Below, piece by piece: positions 29,745 to 39,421 of a DNA stretch of 64,000 nucleotides (position 1 is its first letter; each line of letters opens with the position of its first letter). The notes below the pieces were generated by a model that saw only the letters and a program-made list of their open reading frames with translations, was not told where the DNA came from and did no database searches. Source of the stretch: Candidatus Heimdallarchaeota archaeon (GTDB lineage: Archaea; Asgardarchaeota; Heimdallarchaeia; Hodarchaeales; Hodarchaeaceae). The position numbers were made by a program, and so were the translations under genes. Where the stretch lies: contig CP070695.1 in assembly GCA_020353515.1 (NCBI GenBank), positions 756,957-820,956 of the forward strand, given 5' to 3'.

Positions 29745-30983
29745 ATGAGGATGACCAAGCGAATTCCACTCCGATCATCAAAAAAATTGAAAGAGATTGC
29801 TACACGCTATTATCGAGACTTGGATAGCGCAGCCAAGGATCCTAATCAGAAAATGGCTTGGTGTTCCAGTGTTGGGCCTGCAGAAATACTACTAGCGATG
29901 GGATTCAAAGTCTACTACCCTGAAAATCATACAGCTATGATCGGCGCTAGTCGTCTGGCAAATGAATATATACCAGTTTCAATAGCGCAGGGGTATTCAC
30001 CGGAAATTTGTAGTTATCTAACCTCAGATATTGGTGCTTTTCTAAAGAAAGAGACTCCTCTAACTAAAGCGTATGGAATAAGTGAAGTTCCTAATCCTGA
30101 TGTTCTTGTTTTTAATACAAATCAATGTAGAGATGTTCAAGATTGGTTTAAATGGTATGCTTTGAAGCTCGATGTTCCAATCGTGGGTATACATTCTCCC
30201 TCATTTATTGACGAACTTTCAAGAAGTCATATTGACTCTGTAGTAGAGCAGATGAAAGATATGATTATTAAATTAGAACAAATTACAAATCAAAGCATGG
30301 ATAAAAGCGAACTGGCAAAACGGGTTAGAATTTCTTTTGAATGTAGTCAAACATGGCAACAAGTCTTAGAAACAGCTGCTACTATACCTTCCCCTCTAAC
30401 TTTCTTTGATGGTTGTATCCATATGCTCCCTGCAGTTGTTTTAAGGGGAGAACAGATTGCTGTAGATTACTATGAATTGTTGAGAGAAGAACTTGATGAA
30501 AGAATTGATGAAGGTATTGCAGCGGTTCCAGATGAGAAATACAGGATTTACTGGGAGGGTATGCCAATTTGGGGCAAATTGCGAGATTTATCAGAACAAT
30601 TTTCAGAACTAAAAACTTGTGTTGTGGCTTCAACTTATTGTAGTTCATGGATATTTACTGACTTTGGGGCTTCCTCTAACGATCCACTAGTGGGAATGGC
30701 TAAGGCTTATACAGAGTTATTTATAAACAGGTCAGAATCTAGCAAGGAGGAATATTTAAAGAAAAAATTAGAAGAATTCAAGATAGATGGAATTATTTTT
30801 CATAATGCACGCACATGTCCAAATAATTCCAACACTAGTTACGGGATGCCCAAGCGTATTGAAGATCAAACCAATATACCAAATTTAGTAATTGATGCTG
30901 ATCTCAATGACCTGAATGTCTATAGCGAAGAACAAACCAAAACTAATATTGAAGCTTTTATAGAACAGTTATCTGGGATATAA
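29745..30983 (+). CDS. 2-hydroxyacyl-CoA dehydratase family subunit (HgdAB/FldBC/Bcr family)
   Basis: YYPENH, CSYL, NQC, WEGMP, HNARTC, IDAD, EAFIEQL. Confidence 0.88.
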   Translation: MRMTKRIPLRSSKKLKEIATRYYRDLDSAAKDPNQKMAWCSSVGPAEILLAMGFKVYYPENHTAMIGASRLANEYIPVSIAQGYSPEICSYLTSDIGAFLKKETPLTKAYGISEVPNPDVLVFNTNQCRDVQDWFKWYALKLDVPIVGIHSPSFIDELSRSHIDSVVEQMKDMIIKLEQITNQSMDKSELAKRVRISFECSQTWQQVLETAATIPSPLTFFDGCIHMLPAVVLRGEQIAVDYYELLREELDERIDEGIAAVPDEKYRIYWEGMPIWGKLRDLSEQFSELKTCVVASTYCSSWIFTDFGASSNDPLVGMAKAYTELFINRSESSKEEYLKKKLEEFKIDGIIFHNARTCPNNSNTSYGMPKRIEDQTNIPNLVIDADLNDLNVYSEEQTKTNIEAFIEQLSGI

Positions 30984-31046
30984 AAAGGTCCACTATCAAA
31001 TTGTTGTCTGGATTTGTTTTAGATCATAAGCAATGGAGAAAAAATT

Positions 31047-31835
31047 TTGTCTATATTTGCTGGAATAGATGTTGGGTCATCATTCACCAAAGTAGTTCTG
31101 ATAGATCAGACAAAGAAAATTTTGGGAACAGATATTCGTTTCTCTGGGACAAGTTTACGATTAGCCGCTGAAAAAGGACTTAAGGCAGCTCTAGAAAATA
31201 ATACTTCATTTTCTGAGATCAAAAGAACTGTCTCAACTGGTTATGGAAGAAAAAACGTTAGTTTAGATAATCTAAAAATTACTACAATTACAGAGATTAG
31301 TTGTAATGCCAAAGCGGCACAATTTTATTATCCTAATAGAGCTCTTTCAATTGTCGATATTGGTGGTCAAGATACTAAAATTATTAAAACACGAGAAGAC
31401 GGGAGGCGTGCAAGTTTCAAAATGAATAGAAAATGTGCAGCTGGAACTGGGACATTTCTGGAAGAATTAGCTTTAAAATTAAGAGTCCAACCAGATGAAT
31501 TGGATAAGTTAGCAAGGCAGTCAACGCATGCAAAATCAATTAGTAGTTATTGTACAGTATTTGCCGCAACTGAGATCCTCAGTCGCATCAGAGAGGGGGC
31601 TTCTATTGAAGATATGGTTCGAGGTGCGTTTAATTCTGTTGTAAAACGAATTCTTGAGATTGATGTGTTAGATAATGAAGTTATATTAACTGGAGGGGTA
31701 GTAGCTCACAATCCTACAATTATTGAAATTTTTGAAGAGGAAGTAGGCAGATCTGTTTCTGTACCACCTTCTCCTCAGTTATTTGTAGCTTTAGGTGCAG
31801 CTTTATACGCCCTAGAAGAGGATACATCTATCTAG
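31047..31835 (+). CDS. CoA-substrate-specific enzyme activase (HgdC/BadFG ASKHA ATPase)
   Basis: GIDVGS, TGYGR, DIGGQD, MNRKCAAGTG, CTVFA, TGGV. Confidence 0.92.
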   Translation: MSIFAGIDVGSSFTKVVLIDQTKKILGTDIRFSGTSLRLAAEKGLKAALENNTSFSEIKRTVSTGYGRKNVSLDNLKITTITEISCNAKAAQFYYPNRALSIVDIGGQDTKIIKTREDGRRASFKMNRKCAAGTGTFLEELALKLRVQPDELDKLARQSTHAKSISSYCTVFAATEILSRIREGASIEDMVRGAFNSVVKRILEIDVLDNEVILTGGVVAHNPTIIEIFEEEVGRSVSVPPSPQLFVALGAALYALEEDTSI

Positions 31836-31975
31836 AGATTCTATTATTTACGATTGGAATAATTTCTATTGTGTACAATGTTCCGCGAAAGGTAGACATA
31901 TAAAAACGAACATCATCCTGTGTTTTAGATACATTCTATAATGTTAAAAAGCTCAGAGATAGGTGAAAAATAAAA

Positions 31976-32353
31976 ATGACATATAAACCAGATAGTGGGC
32001 AACGAATTGATGACCCTATGCGAGTAATGGTATCTACTACTGATGAGATTCCTGGATTTGAAGTTGAACAGTATTTAGGAATTACTTTTGGTATTACCGT
32101 GAGGTCACGAGGCCTTGGTGGCAGATGTGTCGGGGGCTGCGAGGCTTGTTTTGGAGGAGAAGTGACCGCATACACGCAGAGTGCTGTTGAAGCTAGGAAT
32201 GACGCGATATATCGGCTATGTGCCGAAGTTGCAGAGCGAGGTGGTAATGGAGTAGTTGGTGTAAAATTTGATTCATCTCGTTCTGGACAAGATTCCTCGA
32301 TGACCGATATAGTAGCCTATGGAACAGCTGTTCGTGTACGACCAAAGGTGTAA
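31976..32353 (+). CDS. YbjQ/UPF0145 family protein
   Basis: VSTTDEIPG, GGEVTAYT, ARNDA, GGNGVVGV, AYGTAV. Confidence 0.9.
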   Translation: MTYKPDSGQRIDDPMRVMVSTTDEIPGFEVEQYLGITFGITVRSRGLGGRCVGGCEACFGGEVTAYTQSAVEARNDAIYRLCAEVAERGGNGVVGVKFDSSRSGQDSSMTDIVAYGTAVRVRPKV

Positions 32354-32434
32354 AGGATTATCTGGAAGTGAGAACCTATCCTTTCAAATAATGTATTTCT
32401 GAAATCATTACCTAGAAATCATCGGATACATTTT

Positions 32435-33052
32435 TTGAAACGATTTCTTCAACTTATGCTACCATTTAACTTCTCTCACCATCCATTATGTAATAATTAT
32501 CGACAAGAAGTATTTAAGATTGGCTCCTGGTTTCTCTGTAGAGGATGTTTTTGCGTTTACAGCTCAATGCTTATCTCACTTCTCATTACTGTATTTGTTA
32601 ATCCTTTTAGTACTTTTTCAATTATTGAGGTCTTTCTCATTGTTCTGATTGTTAGTAGTCCCACTTGGATAGGATTTTTATTTAATTTTAGAAACCGTCT
32701 GATGAAAGATCTTCTTAGAATTTCATTAGGTATCGGGTGGGGGATCGCTCTAGGTGAACTCTTGTTACAGACTTCTTGGAGTGACAAAATTGCGATATTT
32801 TTACTTATGATTACTTTTTGGTTTATTTTTAGAAAAATACGTAGAATTAAAACAAGTAGAAAAACTCTAACATTGTGTAAGAATTGTGTTGAACTGAATA
32901 ATAGTGCATGTCCAGGTTATAAAATGCAATTTGAAGCAGAGCGGCAATATAGTCGTGAAGTGAGCGATTTCTTACAACAAAAGCTTAACTGGAACGATAT
33001 TCGGAAAGGATTACAAAAATCTCACATTTCTGAAATTGAGGGGTCAGTATAA
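32435..33052 (+). CDS. Cys/His-containing membrane protein (DUF2085-like)
   Basis: SHHPLC...LCRGCFCVY, 4 TM, C-terminal CxxC...CPG. Confidence 0.6.
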   Translation: MKRFLQLMLPFNFSHHPLCNNYRQEVFKIGSWFLCRGCFCVYSSMLISLLITVFVNPFSTFSIIEVFLIVLIVSSPTWIGFLFNFRNRLMKDLLRISLGIGWGIALGELLLQTSWSDKIAIFLLMITFWFIFRKIRRIKTSRKTLTLCKNCVELNNSACPGYKMQFEAERQYSREVSDFLQQKLNWNDIRKGLQKSHISEIEGSV

Positions 33053-33236
33053 AGAGAATTAATCGAATTTGATGATTCCTTTTTAAAGAACAAATCCTGT
33101 TTCAGTGTTCTATCAGAAAGTAGTACAAAAAAACATTAATAATTGATCCTCTTTTAGTGTAAAATCAATTGGATTTTAATTTTCATTCTTTGATATTGGA
33201 TCCAATGGAATGGATAACTGAGTTGAGGATTGAAAT

Positions 33237-34178
33237 TTGACAAACAATGATTATAAAGTAGCTATAATAGGGGCAGGCCCATCAGGTGGTATTTTAGGTT
33301 CCTTTCTTGTTAAGAAGAATGTAGAAGTGATTTTAGTAGATATTTGGAAAGCTCACATGGAAGCAATCCAAAATTATGGCTTACAAGTAATTGGAGCCGC
33401 AACAATCACTACTCAATTTGATCCAGAACACTTGAAATTGTCTATTTCCGATTTAAAAGACACCGATGTGAATCTAATAATTATTTCAGTTAAGACTCCA
33501 TATTTAGAACGAGTAGTCCAAGATCTTAAACCAGTCATTTCAGATGATACTTTAGTAATAAGCCATCAAAATGGATTTGGGACTGAAATCGTGCTTGCAA
33601 AGGCATTTGGAGAAGAGAGAGCTTTTCGCAACGTGATAAATTACGCTGGAAATGTCCTAAGACCTGGGATTATTGATATGACCTTTTTTAATCCTCCTAA
33701 CTATGTTGGTTCTTATTCACCCAAGAGGCAAGACAAAGCGCGTGAAATCGCTGACTTAATCTCTTCACCAGATTTTGCTGCAAAATTTGTGGAGGATATT
33801 CAGCCTGAAGTATGGAAAAAAGTAATCTTAAATGCAGCTCTCGCACCAGTGTGTGCAATCACTGGTCAAACGATGAGAGAGGCCATGGATTTCGCAGATA
33901 CAAATAAAATAGCTAGTGAAATTATTAAAGAGGGGATTACTGTTACTAAAGCTCTAGGAATCTCTTTTGGAGATAATTTTCATGATATTTGTATGGGATA
34001 TTTATCCAAGGGAGGCCATCATAAACCGAGTATGCTAATAGATATTGAGAATCGAAGTCCAACAGAAATCGCATTTATTAATGGGAAAATTGTGGAAGTT
34101 GGTAAACAATACGATATCCCTACTCCATATAATGAAGCAACAGTCACTTATGTGCGGGGATTAGAATCAAAATATTGA
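33237..34178 (+). CDS. panE: 2-dehydropantoate 2-reductase
   Basis: GAGPSG, VK, QNGFG, WKKVILN, KPSMLID, TEIAFING, TPYN. Confidence 0.9.
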   Translation: MTNNDYKVAIIGAGPSGGILGSFLVKKNVEVILVDIWKAHMEAIQNYGLQVIGAATITTQFDPEHLKLSISDLKDTDVNLIIISVKTPYLERVVQDLKPVISDDTLVISHQNGFGTEIVLAKAFGEERAFRNVINYAGNVLRPGIIDMTFFNPPNYVGSYSPKRQDKAREIADLISSPDFAAKFVEDIQPEVWKKVILNAALAPVCAITGQTMREAMDFADTNKIASEIIKEGITVTKALGISFGDNFHDICMGYLSKGGHHKPSMLIDIENRSPTEIAFINGKIVEVGKQYDIPTPYNEATVTYVRGLESKY

Positions 34179-34208
34179 TTGAAGTCAAACATAAAGAAAC
34201 GGTTTTCA

Positions 34209-34685
34209 ATGATTGATCCAATATATTTGAAAGCCCTGAAATCCCTGATTTACCGTTTAGAATCTTCAAATATTATATGGGGGGTTACAGGAAGTTTAAG
34301 CATGGCATTACAAGGGGTTCCTGTTGTACCTAATGATATTGATATTCAAACAGATGAAAAAGGAGCATATGAAATTCAGAAACTCTTCAAAGACCATATA
34401 ATAAAACCAATAAATTTTTCTGGTAATTCAATGATAAAATCTCATTTTGGAAGCATTAGGGTCTGTGACATACTGATAGAGATCATGGGAGGAGTCCAAA
34501 AGTTACTTCCAAATGGGTCTTGGGAACCAGCAGTTGATATACAGCCTCACCGTCAATTTATCAAGTTGAAAGGTATGCACATACCAGTATTATCTTTGAA
34601 ATATGAAGAATCCGCCTATAGGAAATTGGGGCGAATTGAAAGAGCAGATCTTCTGAAAAAATATTTAGAAAATAAGAAAGGTTAA
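34209..34685 (+). CDS. Minimal Pol-beta-type nucleotidyltransferase
   Basis: WGVTGS...QG...PNDIDI (GS + DxD); likely start MIDP. Confidence 0.75.
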   Translation: MIDPIYLKALKSLIYRLESSNIIWGVTGSLSMALQGVPVVPNDIDIQTDEKGAYEIQKLFKDHIIKPINFSGNSMIKSHFGSIRVCDILIEIMGGVQKLLPNGSWEPAVDIQPHRQFIKLKGMHIPVLSLKYEESAYRKLGRIERADLLKKYLENKKG

Positions 34686-34852
34686 TCAAATTACATATAT
34701 TCGAATATTGGGGTTTTATTCTTGATCCTACAGAGAAAAGTGGTGTGTCTATCCTTTTCTAAGGATCCTTATTGACTCTCTAGCATATCTCGTCCAATTG
34801 GAATTAGAGCTGATCTTTAATGATTTTACTTAAGTTGTAAAATTTAATTTCA

Positions 34853-35071
34853 TCAGGCAATTAATCTTCGAGGAATATAACCGCTAAGCTTCCTATTACG
34901 AGGAATACGAGAAGCAAAAGCATCCATTCCACATTCAGAACACTTTAAGCGAAGCATAAGATGATTAACAATTGCAGAAAGGCTATGAATGTGACACCAG
35001 GGGCAAACTAACTCCATTTCTGCTCGTGATTGAACCTCTGAATCCTCTACCATTTCAATAGTCATAGGCAT
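34853..35071 (-). CDS. Small zinc-finger protein
   Basis: CPWC...CSEC; strong AGGAGG RBS upstream. Confidence 0.7.
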   Translation of the reverse strand: MPMTIEMVEDSEVQSRAEMELVCPWCHIHSLSAIVNHLMLRLKCSECGMDAFASRIPRNRKLSGYIPRRLIA

Positions 35072-35159
35072 AACCTCCTTTCTTTTTTTAATTGGTTAAT
35101 ATCAACGAAAAATTTTTCTAGTTCTGGAATATTCAAGATATTGAAATTCAACAGATTAA

Positions 35160-35615
35160 CTATGAGATATATTCGTAAATTCGTTCCTCTTTAAGTAATT
35201 TGGAGACTTCTGAAACACCTTGGAATTTTTTTAAATGTAAAATGAAATTATTTAAGTCTTGTAAGTTCTTAGAAAGAACCTCAAGCATAAACAAATTTTG
35301 GTCACTGGCTCGATAGAGAGAGAGAAGTCTACTGTTACTTGTCCCTGCTTTTGACGGTAAATCCTCTATTTGGATATAATTATCATAACTAGGTTCTAGT
35401 CGAAATGTAATAATCGCTTGAATTTCATATCCAAGATTTTCGGGGAATGTAACAACTCTGAAACCATTGATTATCCCTTTCTTCTGCAGTCGTTTAATAC
35501 GATTCCTAACTGTACCTTCAGTTTTTTGAATAGACTTAGCAATATCAGTAAATTTAGTTCTACCGTTTTGATCCAGAATTTCTAGAATTTTCCTATCAAT
35601 TTCATCATGATACAT
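35160..35615 (-). CDS. Lrp/AsnC family regulator
   Basis: DEIDRKILEIL...GRTKFTDIA...EGTVRNRIKRL...GII. Confidence 0.9.
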   Translation of the reverse strand: MYHDEIDRKILEILDQNGRTKFTDIAKSIQKTEGTVRNRIKRLQKKGIINGFRVVTFPENLGYEIQAIITFRLEPSYDNYIQIEDLPSKAGTSNSRLLSLYRASDQNLFMLEVLSKNLQDLNNFILHLKKFQGVSEVSKLLKEERIYEYIS

Positions 35616-35733
35616 AGAGTTTCCTCCACATTTCTTTCACGATTTTGTCTCTATGGTTAACAGTAAAATTAGATTGAACTTTCTTAAGTTATTATGTTAA
35701 TTACGATTAACGAAATATTGTATTCAAGAAGAA

Positions 35734-35750
35734 CAACTCAAATTGAGTTG
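35734..35750. promoter_or_regulatory. Perfect 7-3-7 inverted repeat CAACTCA-AAT-TGAGTTG; candidate operator
   Basis: Lies in the divergent intergenic region between the Lrp gene and the response regulator. Confidence 0.4.
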
Positions 35751-35908
35751 AGATAAAATAATTCAAATCACGTAAGAATATAATATTCAGATCAACACTT
35801 CAAATGATATTATATAGAAATTTGATATTAATAGTGTTGGTTCATTCTAACTATCAGATCGAATAAGATGATGAAGCTGAATTACTTTTACAATAGGAAA
35901 ACATTACT

Positions 35909-37054
35909 ATGAGGATATTAATTGTTGACGATAATACAACTTTCTTGGAGACAATGAGTAGGATTTTACTTTTAGATCAACACGAAATTTCTACTGCAAC
36001 TTCAGCGGAGGAAGCTTTAAAGTTGATTGTGAAAGAAAATTTCGATCTACTTTTAACGGATTTAAAGATGGGAGAATTATCAGGTATTGATTTAATTAAA
36101 GAGATCAGAGGAAAAGGTATCAATTTAATAAGTATAGTAATAACTGGATATGGAAGTATTGATTCAGCTGTAGAGGCTATGAAAACTGGTGCTTATGATT
36201 ATATCTTGAAACCATTTGAATTTTCACCTTTAAGAGAAAAAATAGAAGAAGTACAGGAAGAAGTGAGACTAAGGAACAGATTTTCCTTTTCTCCATTTGT
36301 GAATCAGCAAAGCTTACCCGATTTTACAATAGAGAGTACCATCGATGAGTATGAACATCCTTTCTTAGTCATTTCTAATGAAGATCCCCAAAAGATTACT
36401 AATGAATATAAAATTGAAAATGCGTTAAAAATATTTCTAGGTTTCATTAAAGGAGACAATATAATTCCTCCAACAAAGCTACACCTTTTGAAACATCAAA
36501 TTGAAGAATTTATCATAACAAGAGGGAAAGGAACCATTATTTTTAAGGGGATAGAAGAACTTTACCGAGTTCACAATTGGAGTCACTTTAAAGGATTCAT
36601 AGATGAATTAAATCAGCAAATAATGGCATCAAATTTCTCTCTTATTTTCTTGATTGATGAAAATGATCATGCAGTATATCATCCATTGATTCATGATACT
36701 CTCTCATTACTTTCAAGTCACACATTTAATAGTATAATTAATCTAATTTCACATCCTTTAAGGAAAGATATCATAAATCTATTGAAACCTCATTCTAAGT
36801 TAAATTTTAATAAAATAATCGAAGAATTACAAATCAAAAGTTCCTCCTCCTTTGCCTTTCACATGAAGAAATTGGTTGAGGAGAATATTTTAGAAAAAGA
36901 AGATAATCTATATTGTCTAACACAACGAGGGAATTACTTGGCTGAAATCATATTCATCTTAGAAAAAATTGGATTTGTCGATCCAGGATCGAAAATAAGA
37001 ATTTTTAATCATATTAGAAAAACAACAAAGGTCGAAACCTCTAAAGAATCATAA
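35909..37054 (+). CDS. Response regulator: REC + DUF835-like + ArsR-type wHTH
   Basis: ILIVDD, TDLKM, ITGYG, YILKP; middle IIFKGIEEL...NWSHF; C-terminal SHPLRKDII...SSSFAFHMKKL. Confidence 0.85.
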   Translation: MRILIVDDNTTFLETMSRILLLDQHEISTATSAEEALKLIVKENFDLLLTDLKMGELSGIDLIKEIRGKGINLISIVITGYGSIDSAVEAMKTGAYDYILKPFEFSPLREKIEEVQEEVRLRNRFSFSPFVNQQSLPDFTIESTIDEYEHPFLVISNEDPQKITNEYKIENALKIFLGFIKGDNIIPPTKLHLLKHQIEEFIITRGKGTIIFKGIEELYRVHNWSHFKGFIDELNQQIMASNFSLIFLIDENDHAVYHPLIHDTLSLLSSHTFNSIINLISHPLRKDIINLLKPHSKLNFNKIIEELQIKSSSSFAFHMKKLVEENILEKEDNLYCLTQRGNYLAEIIFILEKIGFVDPGSKIRIFNHIRKTTKVETSKES

Positions 37055-37193
37055 TTTAAACCTAGACCTCTTCTTTTAGATAAAATCATTATTGTTTGTC
37101 CATATTATATTATTGAGTTGGACAGATGTAATTTTTATTAGACTCATAAAATTGCAAATTTAATGAATCTGAGTTGACTGATTATAGAAAAAA

Positions 37194-39065
37194 TTGGAGG
37201 AGTATAACCTGATAAGAGATTATCAGCATACAAAATTGATAGATTCTCTTGATTATCCTTTTTATATCATTGATGTTTCTGACTACACCCTTAAACTATG
37301 TAACTCGACAGCTAAAACGATTTTTGGTGATTATAAATCCACAGACACATGTTATTCTCTCACCCATGGGAGAAAAACACCATGTACAGGCGAAGAACAC
37401 CCTTGTCCTCTAAAATTAGTGAAAAAAAAGAAAAAACCAGTTACAATTGAACATGTACACCTGGATACTGAGGGAAAAATGAGAGTTTATGAAATTCATT
37501 GTCATCCAATATTTGACGAAAATGGAACAATTAAACAAGCAATTGAATATACACTGGACATTACTGAACGAAAAAAAGTTGAAAGGTCTTTACAGAGATC
37601 AAAGGAAAATTTAAATCAAACAAATCAGTTACTTGAACAAATTTTAAACACCACAGATATATTGATCGCCTTTATGGATCCACAGTTCAACTTTGTTAAG
37701 GTAAATCGTGCATATGCTCGAGCTGATGATCAAGAACCTGAATTTTTCCCTGGTCGAAATCATTTCGATTTGTACCCTAATAAAGAAAATGAAAAGATCT
37801 TCAATCGGGTAGTTAAGCAAAAGGAACCATATTTTACCATTGCAAAAGCTTTTAGCTATGAAGAACATCCTGAAAGAGGAGTTTCTTATTGGGACTGGAG
37901 TTTGATCCCAATCTTTGATCTTAATAATATAGTAATGGGATTAGTTTTGACCTTACAAGATGTTACTGATCGTGTAAGAATGGAAAAAGCATTAAAACAG
38001 TCAGAAAAGAAATTCAAGAGTATAACAGAACTAGCACACGAAATTATTATGAGGATTAAACCTGATGGAAAATGTACTTATATTAATAGATCAGGAGTAG
38101 AATTCTTTGGAAAACTCAAGAAAGAGATATTACAAGATAATATTTTAAATTTTGTACACGCTAATGACCTAAGGAAGATGAAATTATTTTTAAAACGAGT
38201 TACGAGGGATATAGACCACATTGAGGAAACAATAATCAACTTTATAGTGCCTATAGGAGTAAGAGTAATTGAATGGAACGCTTCTCCGATTATTGATGAT
38301 TCTAGGAATGTGGTTGAAGTTCAGCTGAGTGGTAGAGACATTACAGAACTTCAAGAAGAATTAATTGAAATTAATAAGCTAGCAGCAGTAGGACAGCTCG
38401 CTGCAGGAGTTGCTCATGAAATAAATTCACCTTTAGCAAACATTACACTCAAAGCTGAATATTTATTGAATGTTATTAACCAAGAAGCTTCAACTCTCGA
38501 AAAAAGCTTATTAGACAGGGAACTTGTAAGTATAAAGAATGAAGTAAAAATGTGCTCTAAGATTGTAACAGAACTTCTACAATTTTCAAGGAAAATATAC
38601 CTTACTCCAACTAATTTTAAAGTTAAACCTCTCATATCAAAGCTTCTTAGTTCTCCATCCATAAACTTTAGAATAATCGAAAAGAAAATAAGTGTTAATC
38701 TACAAATCAAAGAAGATCTTGAAGCTATTGGTGATAAAGCTTTACTATCTCAAGTATTTCAAAATATAATCAACAATTCAATAGATGCAATGGAGAATAT
38801 CAAGGTCAAACCTCGAATTACTATCGCAGTTGTCAAGAAAGGGAATATACTTGAAATTAAAATGACAGATAATGGGATTGGTATTAAAAAAATAAATTTA
38901 ACCAGAGTATTTGAACCCTTCTTTTCAACCAAACCGTTAGGAAAAGGTACAGGCCTGGGATTATCCATCTGTAGGGGGATAATAGAAAAACATAAAGGAA
39001 AAATCAAAATTAAGAGTACCTATGGACATGGAACCGAAATTCTAATAACAATACCAAATTGTTGA
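37194..39065 (+). CDS. Multi-PAS sensor histidine kinase (NtrB-like)
   Basis: Three PAS (first with CY...PC...CP), AAGVAHEINSPL, NIINNSIDA, DNGIG, FEPFFSTK, GTGLGL. Confidence 0.93.
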   Translation: MEEYNLIRDYQHTKLIDSLDYPFYIIDVSDYTLKLCNSTAKTIFGDYKSTDTCYSLTHGRKTPCTGEEHPCPLKLVKKKKKPVTIEHVHLDTEGKMRVYEIHCHPIFDENGTIKQAIEYTLDITERKKVERSLQRSKENLNQTNQLLEQILNTTDILIAFMDPQFNFVKVNRAYARADDQEPEFFPGRNHFDLYPNKENEKIFNRVVKQKEPYFTIAKAFSYEEHPERGVSYWDWSLIPIFDLNNIVMGLVLTLQDVTDRVRMEKALKQSEKKFKSITELAHEIIMRIKPDGKCTYINRSGVEFFGKLKKEILQDNILNFVHANDLRKMKLFLKRVTRDIDHIEETIINFIVPIGVRVIEWNASPIIDDSRNVVEVQLSGRDITELQEELIEINKLAAVGQLAAGVAHEINSPLANITLKAEYLLNVINQEASTLEKSLLDRELVSIKNEVKMCSKIVTELLQFSRKIYLTPTNFKVKPLISKLLSSPSINFRIIEKKISVNLQIKEDLEAIGDKALLSQVFQNIINNSIDAMENIKVKPRITIAVVKKGNILEIKMTDNGIGIKKINLTRVFEPFFSTKPLGKGTGLGLSICRGIIEKHKGKIKIKSTYGHGTEILITIPNC

Positions 39066-39149
39066 TCCTCGGCAGGCTACACCACTCAGACATTAGAATA
39101 ATGTCCGTATAGTAGTATCTTATACATACGTCATTGATAAATAATCCAA

Positions 39150-39389
39150 TTATCCATTATTGACATATTTTGAGCGTGTATAAATTATTCGATAATTGTC
39201 ACAGTCCGCTTTAAAACATTCAGCACATCCTTCCATTTCCCCTGGGACTACAGGTTCAACACGTACTTCTTGATCTAATGATTCATACAATTCAACATAT
39301 TCGTTTACACGATTTTCTTCAATGGTAAACTTTTTCTCCCATCCTTCTTCCTCCAATCGCGATTTTTTCATTTTTTTCTGGTTTTTCAA
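39150..39389 (-). CDS. Small conserved hypothetical protein (CxxC), last gene of the bzd operon
   Basis: GWEKKF...EYVELYESL...EVRVEP...CAECF...IYTR; co-oriented with the bzdV-like gene. Confidence 0.7.
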   Translation of the reverse strand: MKNQKKMKKSRLEEEGWEKKFTIEENRVNEYVELYESLDQEVRVEPVVPGEMEGCAECFKADCDNYRIIYTRSKYVNNG

Positions 39390-39421
39390 GATTACATTAA
39401 TCTTCCTACACAGTTGGTTGA

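Noticed and set aside
34176-34211. panE and the nucleotidyltransferase in frame across a single TGA (Sec/readthrough?)
   Set aside because: PanE is complete at the stop, the position is not a catalytic Cys site, and a downstream ATG exists.
39085-39130. Short hairpin GACATTA-GAA-TAATGTC between convergent genes
   Set aside because: Too short to call an ncRNA; at most a terminator-associated structure.
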